Assembly: GCF_003966335.1 (NCBI RefSeq) | Contig: NZ_CP034549.1 | Coordinates: 2,310,001-2,342,000, forward strand | Direction of reading: 5' to 3' | Source: Nonlabens ponticola | GTDB taxonomy: Bacteria; Bacteroidota; Bacteroidia; Flavobacteriales; Flavobacteriaceae | Length of the DNA: 32,000 bases | Made by a program: the position numbers and the translations under genes | Notes under the pieces: generated by a model | Database searches by the model: none | The model's input: the letters and a program-made list of their open reading frames with translations, nothing else | Told to the model about the DNA's origin: nothing | Part shown: piece by piece, positions 25,492 to 32,000 of the stretch | Layout: each line of letters starts with the position of its first letter | Numbering within the stretch: the stretch's first letter is position 1

Positions 25492-26669
25492 AGGAAGATT
25501 TCTTTAAATATCAAGCACCTACTACTCCATTTGCCAGCGGTCTAGAAATAAGTCATGCTAGCGGCAGCAAGATTTATGACAAGCACGGCAAGGAATACAT
25601 AGACATGGTAGCTGGTGTTAGTGCCTTACCACTAGGTCATAGCCATCATGCAGTCGTCAAAGCTATACAACAGCAAGCAGAGAAGTATCTTCATGTAATG
25701 GTTTATGGCGAGTTTGCGCAAGAACCAGCCGTACGTTTGTGCAAGATGCTTAGCAATAGTATGCCCGATCCATTAGAAATGACCTATCTGGTCAACAGTG
25801 GTACTGAGGCGATTGAAGCTTCCTTAAAACTCGCTCGCAGGATTACAGGTAGATCTCAAATCGTGGCCATGCACAATGCATATCATGGCAACACGATGGG
25901 ATCTTTAAGCTTGATGGATTATGAGGAACGCAAGGCGCCGTTCAGACCTTTGATTCCTAATATTAAGCACATAAATTATAATTGCCTGGCACATATTAAT
26001 CAAATTACCACAAGTACAGCAGCGGTAATTGTAGAGGCAATTCAAGGTGGTGCAGGATTTATAAAGGGTGACAAACGCTGGTTCCAGCAGCTCGCAGCCC
26101 GTTGTAAAGAGGTGGGCGCCATGCTCATTCTTGACGAGATACAAACAGGTGTTGGACGCACAGGTACTTTCTGGTATTTTGAACAAATGGACATTGTTCC
26201 TGATATGGTCGTTAGCGGTAAAGGACTAGCTGGTGGCTTACCCATCGGCGCCTTAACGGCAAGCACACAGCATATGGAGCATTTTAAGGTCGCACCCATG
26301 TTAGGTCATATCACAACTTTTGGTGGTAATCCAGTGATCGCGGCTGCAGCCTGTGCAACCGTGCAGGAAATTATTTCACGTGATTTGATGAATGCTGTTA
26401 TGGATAAAGAATTACGCTTTCGCGAAAGCTTACAATCCAAACACATCAAGGAAATACGAGGAACTGGTCTCATGCTAGCCATCATATTGCACGACGACCG
26501 ATTCACTTCTCAAATAGTTGACGAGTGTAGAGAAAGAGGTGCCATATTCTTCCTGCTGCTATTTGAAAAACGAGCTATAAGAATCACTCCAGCTTATACA
26601 GTAGGTGATGAAGATTCTACTAAAGCAATCAATATTTTGCTAGAAGTGATTCACAAATTTTACGACTAA
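25488..26669 (+). CDS. class-III PLP-dependent aminotransferase (acetylornithine/GABA aminotransferase-like)
   Basis: 393 aa. Motifs NSGTEAIEASLKLAR, ILDEIQTGVGRTG, and the PLP lysine in VVSGKGLAGGLP. The TTG start overlaps the upstream stop. Confidence 0.85.
   Translation: MKEDFFKYQAPTTPFASGLEISHASGSKIYDKHGKEYIDMVAGVSALPLGHSHHAVVKAIQQQAEKYLHVMVYGEFAQEPAVRLCKMLSNSMPDPLEMTYLVNSGTEAIEASLKLARRITGRSQIVAMHNAYHGNTMGSLSLMDYEERKAPFRPLIPNIKHINYNCLAHINQITTSTAAVIVEAIQGGAGFIKGDKRWFQQLAARCKEVGAMLILDEIQTGVGRTGTFWYFEQMDIVPDMVVSGKGLAGGLPIGALTASTQHMEHFKVAPMLGHITTFGGNPVIAAAACATVQEIISRDLMNAVMDKELRFRESLQSKHIKEIRGTGLMLAIILHDDRFTSQIVDECRERGAIFFLLLFEKRAIRITPAYTVGDEDSTKAINILLEVIHKFYD
26416..26429. repeat. copy 6 of GCTTTCGCGAAAGC (inside the aminotransferase gene, read as R-FRES)
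   Basis: Exact match. The conserved flank (GTAATT) lies on the opposite strand, giving minus polarity. Confidence 0.95.
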
Positions 26670-26773
26670 AGGCGGCAATTTTAAGCTGTTTATAAAATGT
26701 TGACAAGAGAATTGCGTGAATCGTCGAGACTTTGGCAAATATTTTGACCTTAGTAACAAGCAGTATTCAAAAT

Positions 26774-28171
26774 ATGGCAAGTATGGACTTTGACTTAAAT
26801 AATGAAGGCGGCTATAGCATCGAGAAGTTTGAGTCTATGCTCAAAACTAACGAGGTTGGCTTTTTTGACAGTGATGAATTTGAGCAAATTATCGAGCATT
26901 ATTTAGAGTCTGGAAAAATGGCCAATGCCCGTAAAGCCATACACCTGGCGCTGGCACAGCATCCATCATCTATGAACATTCAATTGCTTCATGCAGAGAT
27001 GTTGGTGTTTGACAACAGGTTTGATGATGCTCATGAAGTTTTGAATACATTACACGAGGTACAGCCAACCAATTCAGAAATATTTATTCAAAAAGCAAAC
27101 ATATTCTCTAAGACAGAGCGTCATGATCTAGCCATTGATTTATTGAAAAAAGCCTTAGATCTGACTGACGACAAGGCAGATGTTTATAATCTCATAGGTA
27201 TGGAATTTCTTTTTATAGAAGATTATTCTAACGCCAAGGTCAATTTTATGCAGTGTCTAGAGATTGATGACACAGACTATAGCGCGCTCTATAATATTAT
27301 GTATTGCTTTGATTTTCTAGGTGAACACCAGCAGGCGATTGATTTCCTCAACATGTTTCTTAATGAAAATCCTTATAGTGAAGTGGCATGGCATCAAGTA
27401 GGCAAACAATATTTTGACTTGAAAATGTATGAGAAGTCACTTGCGGCTTTTGAATTTGCTATCATCAGTGACGAGCATTTTGTAGGTGCTTATCTAGAAA
27501 AAGGAAAAGTGCTGGAGAAACTAGGGCGATATAATGAAGCCATCGAGAATTATCAAATCACGCTGACACTAGACGATCCTACCTCGTTTGCTTATTTGAG
27601 GTTAGGTAAATGCTACCAGAAATTGGGTGTTGATGAGTTGGCGATAAAGTTTTTTAAAAAGACTATTACTGAGGATCCATTATTGGACAAAGGATGGATT
27701 AGTATTATAGATTACTACAGCCGTAAACTTAACTATCCAAAGGCACTCACCTACGCTGAAAAAGCAACAGAGGTAGATGCAGAAAATGCCCTGTATTGGA
27801 TACGTTATGCAGATTTAAACAAGCGTCTTAACTTCTTCGAAGAGGCTGAATATGGTTATAGACGTGCTATTGAGCTAGGTAATTATGAAGAGCAAACCTG
27901 GTTATCGCGTGCTGATATATTGCTCGCACTAGGTGAGTATCGAGCAGTGATCTCAAACTTAAACCACGGTCTTGAGTTTTACCCTGATCATGTAGAGATG
28001 GTGTATCGACTCGCTGGGATTTACTTTACCTTGAATCAACTTAATGAGGCAAGGTTTCACCTGCAAAATGCGCTAAAGACAGATCCTGAATTTATCATCA
28101 TCCTTGAGGAACTATATCCAGCAGTGTATGAGATGGACGAAGTTCAAGATCTTATCGCTAGTCTAAAGTAA
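26774..28171 (+). CDS. tetratricopeptide-repeat protein
   Basis: 34-aa TPR-like repeats occur throughout (A/Y/L/G pattern). I prefer the ATG at 26774 (MASMDFDL). The track ORF starts at TTG 26732. Confidence 0.7.
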   Translation: MASMDFDLNNEGGYSIEKFESMLKTNEVGFFDSDEFEQIIEHYLESGKMANARKAIHLALAQHPSSMNIQLLHAEMLVFDNRFDDAHEVLNTLHEVQPTNSEIFIQKANIFSKTERHDLAIDLLKKALDLTDDKADVYNLIGMEFLFIEDYSNAKVNFMQCLEIDDTDYSALYNIMYCFDFLGEHQQAIDFLNMFLNENPYSEVAWHQVGKQYFDLKMYEKSLAAFEFAIISDEHFVGAYLEKGKVLEKLGRYNEAIENYQITLTLDDPTSFAYLRLGKCYQKLGVDELAIKFFKKTITEDPLLDKGWISIIDYYSRKLNYPKALTYAEKATEVDAENALYWIRYADLNKRLNFFEEAEYGYRRAIELGNYEEQTWLSRADILLALGEYRAVISNLNHGLEFYPDHVEMVYRLAGIYFTLNQLNEARFHLQNALKTDPEFIIILEELYPAVYEMDEVQDLIASLK

Positions 28172-28902
28172 TGTTGTTTTTTTTTAAGAAATATTTTGTC
28201 GCAGATCTATTGCATGACGCAGTTGACATGCATAACCACGTTTTGCCGGCAATCGACGATGGTTCACCAGACATTGATACTACTGGCGAGATGCTTGATC
28301 TATATGCGCAATTAGGGTTTTCAAAGATCTATGCAACACCACATACGATGGAAGATTATTATTCCAACGACGTGAAAAGTATTAGTGATTGTTATAAAAA
28401 AACGATAGACGCTTTGAAAAATCATGAACATGCATCGCTTTTATCCCAACCTGCCTCAGAGTATATGATGGATGCATCGTTTGAGAAGTTGTTAGATCAG
28501 GGTAACTATATGACACTGCCTGATGAACATTTACTATTCGAATTCAGCTACTTTCAAAAACCCATACAAGCGGAAGAACTCATCTTCAAAATGCAACAAT
28601 TAGATCTAAAACCAATATTAGCGCATCCTGAACGATATCGCTATTTGAAGATTCAGGATATAATTGATTTAAAAAATAGAGGCTGTAAACTGCAACTTAA
28701 CTTGTTGTCTTTATCAGGACATTACGGTAAGGACGCCTTCGAAAAAAGTAAAAACTTACTACAAAACGGCAAGTTTGATCTGGTAGCGACAGATGCTCAT
28801 AAGCCAGCACATCTAGAAAAGATTAAAGAATTGATGGTTAAGAAGTCTATACACAACGATCTTAAAAGATTGCTTGACGTACAATCAGATGTTTTCAAAT
28901 AG
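28171..28902 (+). CDS. cpsB: PHP-family manganese-dependent protein-tyrosine phosphatase (CpsB/YwqE type)
   Basis: 243 aa. Motifs DMHNHVLPAIDDGS, TPH, LAHPERY and ATDAH. The start overlaps the TPR gene stop (TAATG). Confidence 0.8.
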   Translation: MLFFFKKYFVADLLHDAVDMHNHVLPAIDDGSPDIDTTGEMLDLYAQLGFSKIYATPHTMEDYYSNDVKSISDCYKKTIDALKNHEHASLLSQPASEYMMDASFEKLLDQGNYMTLPDEHLLFEFSYFQKPIQAEELIFKMQQLDLKPILAHPERYRYLKIQDIIDLKNRGCKLQLNLLSLSGHYGKDAFEKSKNLLQNGKFDLVATDAHKPAHLEKIKELMVKKSIHNDLKRLLDVQSDVFK

Positions 28903-28908
28903 CATTTT

Positions 28909-31326
28909 TTATTTCAGCTTTACAGCTTTGAGAAACTTGACCCAAGCACTGTCTTTATCAACTCCATAGCTGTAAGCATACTTGTTACCATACCCAAAGT
29001 TGGCCTGCTTAACATTGTTAAGCACCATTGCTACATTATGAAGCTTATTAGCCTTGATAGTGTCTGAGGTATATTCTAATAATGACTTTTCAGTATAATT
29101 TGCGCGGGCAACATATACGGTAACATCAGCACGTTCACTAATTAACAAAGTATCCGTCACTAACATGGATGGCGCAGAATCGATAATAACTACATCATAA
29201 TTATCGCGACCGTATTGCATTAATTCATCTACTCTAGGACTAAGCCATAATTCTGCTGGGTTAGGTGGTATGGCTCCAGACAGCATGATATTTAAATTTT
29301 CATTTGCATCACTGGCGTAGACAAGCTCTGAAGCATGGTATTGTTGACTGGATAAATATTCAGTAACGCCTTTTAGACTTTTACTTCCTTTACTAAGGTA
29401 TCTATGCAATTGAGGATTGCGGATATCACCACCTATCAATAGTACGTTCATTCCAGAATTTGCCATTGTCATAGAAAGATTAAAGGATACTAATGTTTTT
29501 CCTTCCCCTTTTACCGTAGACGTGACTATTATGATAGGGGTCTTACCATCTGAACTCATATTTAACGCAGATAGTTTGAACTGTAAGTTAGTACGTAAAA
29601 TCCTGAAGGATTCTGCTAGAACAGATCTATCATTTTTATTTATGCGGTCTGATTCATCACTAGAAAGCTTAGGGATTTCACCAATGAACGAAGTGTCTGG
29701 TAATTTTTTGGTTACATCTTTTCTGTTTTCAATTTTATCATTCAATAAATTAGAGAGATAAATGAATGCAAAAGGTATAACTAGACCTAAAATAACGGCA
29801 CCGCCTAACACGATTTGAGTTTTAGGCGACACTGGACTATTTGAAACCCAAGCCCTATCAACGATTTTGGCCTTAGGAGCAGTCACGGCAAGCGATATTG
29901 CAGTTTCTTCTTTCTTCTGTAATAAAAAAAGATAGATAGACTCCACAATAGTTTGTTCACGCTCAATTCCTCTAGCTATTCGTTCGGTAGTAGGCACTTC
30001 ACTAATCCTATTGGATATTCTATTTCCTTGAGCATTAAGGCGATTCAGCCTAGTTTCTAATGACCTTATATAATTACTCAATGAAGATTTAATCGCTGTA
30101 CGCAATTTTTGTATTTCAGCTTGTAAATCCTGAACCACTGGATTCAAGTCTGTTGCAACCTCGCTTGCTCTTATATATTGTAAAACAAGTGTGTTGTACT
30201 GATCAATTGTGTTATTGATAGAAGCACTAGAGAGAATCTCATTTGCTGGTAACAACTCTTGATTATCTAGATTTTCTATAAAATTATTTAGATCTGTGGC
30301 AATTTGGAGTTGTGTTCTAGCTTCAATTTCGCGTGTCAGGTACTCTGCGTTATTTGTCAAGTTTAAGGCAGTTTCGGCCTGTATATCAGTCAAATTATTA
30401 GAATCCTTGAAACTCTCTTTGCGATATTCTACTGAGTCTAGCGAAAGTGCCACGCTGGCCAGACGTTCATCAATAAAATTGACCGTATTACGGGCAACAA
30501 TATTCTTATCTTCCGTAGCGTCCTTATTATATTCAATAGCCAATTGATTTAAAATATCAGCAGCTTTTGCTGGTACTGGGTCTTGAATACTCAAATTGAT
30601 TACACTTCCTCGAGCCACTGCTGCCTCAACATTCAACAGACTTGCATACTTTCTTGCGACGTCCTCGACAGATGCTACTTGGACCTTATAAACATCTTCT
30701 GGGTAAGATCTAGACTGCGTTACAACTGTATCATTTTCTTTATTATCAATTTTAGATAACGTAGGTACGAAAGCCACTTCAGTTCCTTTATAGTAAAATG
30801 ATTCACCAAATTTTACACTATTAGAATAGTTGTTTTCCTCGTCGACAAGATTGATAATAGTATCAGATGAAATCTTGGCCTTAAAGCTAAAACTCTTAAA
30901 GTTTTTTGGTGATCTTAAATCATTGGCTACAATTAATTGGAACGGTAGATTTCCATAAGCCTCAGACGTTTTAAAATTACCTTCTCTAAAATAGGATACT
31001 CTCAAATTGAGTTGTTCAACTACATTTGCCATCATTCTTCTAGATGTCAAAACTTCAATCTCATTTTCTACGGTATTGAAGCTGTTACCTAAAACTCCTA
31101 AATCTCCCAAGGCACCTAGTTCTGAAACACCACCTGCTCTAGTATCCTTGATAAGGATAGAAGAGTCAGCCTTATAAATTTCAGTGGTATATCTTAAATA
31201 AACAAGAGCAATAGATAATAAGAGTAAAACACATAATAAAAATAACCACCATTTTTGAAGGTAAGGTTTCAATTGTTCCTTCAGGTCTGTATTTTGTTCG
31301 CTAGTGATACTACTATAGTTTTCCAT
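28909..31326 (-). CDS. wzc: polysaccharide co-polymerase / tyrosine autokinase (Wzc/GumC-type)
   Basis: 805 aa. Two TM segments flank a large coiled periplasmic domain. Walker A is TVKGEGKT and the Walker B-like segment is VVIIDSAP. The C-terminal Tyr cluster is YGNKYAYSYG. Confidence 0.9.
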   Translation of the reverse strand: MENYSSITSEQNTDLKEQLKPYLQKWWLFLLCVLLLLSIALVYLRYTTEIYKADSSILIKDTRAGGVSELGALGDLGVLGNSFNTVENEIEVLTSRRMMANVVEQLNLRVSYFREGNFKTSEAYGNLPFQLIVANDLRSPKNFKSFSFKAKISSDTIINLVDEENNYSNSVKFGESFYYKGTEVAFVPTLSKIDNKENDTVVTQSRSYPEDVYKVQVASVEDVARKYASLLNVEAAVARGSVINLSIQDPVPAKAADILNQLAIEYNKDATEDKNIVARNTVNFIDERLASVALSLDSVEYRKESFKDSNNLTDIQAETALNLTNNAEYLTREIEARTQLQIATDLNNFIENLDNQELLPANEILSSASINNTIDQYNTLVLQYIRASEVATDLNPVVQDLQAEIQKLRTAIKSSLSNYIRSLETRLNRLNAQGNRISNRISEVPTTERIARGIEREQTIVESIYLFLLQKKEETAISLAVTAPKAKIVDRAWVSNSPVSPKTQIVLGGAVILGLVIPFAFIYLSNLLNDKIENRKDVTKKLPDTSFIGEIPKLSSDESDRINKNDRSVLAESFRILRTNLQFKLSALNMSSDGKTPIIIVTSTVKGEGKTLVSFNLSMTMANSGMNVLLIGGDIRNPQLHRYLSKGSKSLKGVTEYLSSQQYHASELVYASDANENLNIMLSGAIPPNPAELWLSPRVDELMQYGRDNYDVVIIDSAPSMLVTDTLLISERADVTVYVARANYTEKSLLEYTSDTIKANKLHNVAMVLNNVKQANFGYGNKYAYSYGVDKDSAWVKFLKAVKLK

Positions 31327-32000
31327 TATCGAGTTGTGAACAAGATTACTAGTGATATTACAGTTGAGGCAATAGAAAGATATAAAGCATTATTCTTATC
31401 AAATGAAGCAGCATTAGCCTGGGTACGATTTTGACCTACATAAAGAACATCATTTTGTTGCAGATAGAATAAATCACTGTCAAGGACATCAGTTTGAGTA
31501 AGGTCAATGGTATGACTCTCTTGCACTCCATTTACATCTCTCAATAAGAGAACATCTTGTCTTTTACCGTATAGGGTAAGATCTCCTGCCAGACCCAAGG
31601 CTTGCGGCAATGTCAAACGTTCATCGGTGACAAAAAATGTTCCTGGTTGCGACACTTCTCCCAAAATGGTGATTTTAAAATTTGCAAACCTTATAGTAAG
31701 AACTGGATCTACGATGTATTTTTTGTATTCTTCCAGTAGCTCAGATTCTAATTGAAATCTTGTCTTACCGGCAACTTTCCACATACCTAATTCCGGCAAA
31801 TTGATATAACCTTTATTATCCACCAAATAGTCCAGCAATTTAGGCTGTCCATTTATGCTTGACAGGTCTGAATCTTCAGCTGATGGTGCGATTCTATTAT
31901 AACGGTTTGCCACACTCATGTCTGAACTTGTAACGATGATAGATAATCTATCATTGTATTTTATGATAGATTCATAAATCGGAGGTTCAAATTGCTTCTG
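31326..32000 (-). CDS. wza: polysaccharide export outer-membrane protein (Wza family), 5' end outside window
   Basis: The frame stays open from 31919 to the window edge (QKQFEPPIYESIIKYNDRLSIIVTSSDMSV...). Has an SLBB-like ITILGEVSQPGTF segment. Its stop overlaps the wzc start (TAATG). Confidence 0.8.
   Translation of the reverse strand, partial: QKQFEPPIYESIIKYNDRLSIIVTSSDMSVANRYNRIAPSAEDSDLSSINGQPKLLDYLVDNKGYINLPELGMWKVAGKTRFQLESELLEEYKKYIVDPVLTIRFANFKITILGEVSQPGTFFVTDERLTLPQALGLAGDLTLYGKRQDVLLLRDVNGVQESHTIDLTQTDVLDSDLFYLQQNDVLYVGQNRTQANAASFDKNNALYLSIASTVISLVILFTTR

Noticed and set aside
8869-26429. The GCTTTCGCGAAAGC copies as a CRISPR array, or as IS/MITE terminal inverted repeats
   Set aside because: The copies are 2-5 kb apart with irregular spacing. 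They share no extended flanks and have no paired partner at element-like distance. No cas genes or transposase are present.
8869-26429. The palindrome as canonical parS, or as a site avoided or enforced by an NruI-type (TCGCGA) restriction-modification system
   Set aside because: parS (TGTTNCACGTGAAACA) has a different arm spacing and sequence, and is normally confined to the origin region. TCGCGA is not avoided elsewhere: it also occurs at 11090, 13032, 13413, 18830 and 29204. R-M selection therefore does not explain the longer motif. Methylation of the site remains possible but cannot be tested here.
1-32000. Prophage, integrative element, defence island, tRNA/rRNA/tmRNA genes
   Set aside because: No integrase, transposase, phage structural genes, toxin-antitoxin pair or cas-like ORFs were recognised. 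No intergenic gap is long enough for a structured RNA gene, and none shows a tRNA-like T-arm (GTTCGAATC-type).

Overview
This window looks like a chromosomal core (housekeeping) region of a Flavobacteriaceae-type Bacteroidota genome. The reasons are: it is AT-rich; start codons lack Shine-Dalgarno sequences; several genes have TAnnTTTG -7-like boxes upstream; the ftsK-lolA-lptF/G synteny is present; and there is a Wza/Wzc/PHP-phosphatase capsule module. About 30 genes are tightly packed, many joined by TAATG or ATGA overlaps:
- Menaquinone genes: menD (5' part, truncated by the window edge), menF, menI, and menA about 10 kb away.
- Replication and DNA metabolism: rdgB, an SF2 helicase, holA.
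- Oxidative stress: oxyR, tpx, dgkA.
- Envelope: an M28 peptidase, an OmpA-family protein, a GT2 glycosyltransferase, ftsK, lolA-like, lptF/G-like.
- Metabolism and other: ribBA, murQ, an OstA-like protein, a class-III aminotransferase, a TPR protein.
- The start of a capsule/EPS locus: cpsB-like phosphatase, wzc, wza (partial).

I found no tRNA or rRNA genes, CRISPR array, transposase, integrase, prophage or obvious defence island. The one feature that ordinary annotation does not explain is a family of six exact copies of the 14-bp perfect palindrome GCTTTCGCGAAAGC. Two copies are intergenic. Four lie inside conserved genes, where the palindrome is read in all three phases. The copies also share an asymmetric flank, which gives them a polarity. 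This is my best candidate for something undescribed.

Secondary observations:
- a RibBA whose GTP cyclohydrolase II domain has lost its zinc cysteines;
- an AT-rich islet with two small ORFs;
- a T9 tract at the start of the capsule phosphatase gene;
- a palindrome-dense convergent intergenic gap.

All product calls come from motif recognition by eye. No searches were run.
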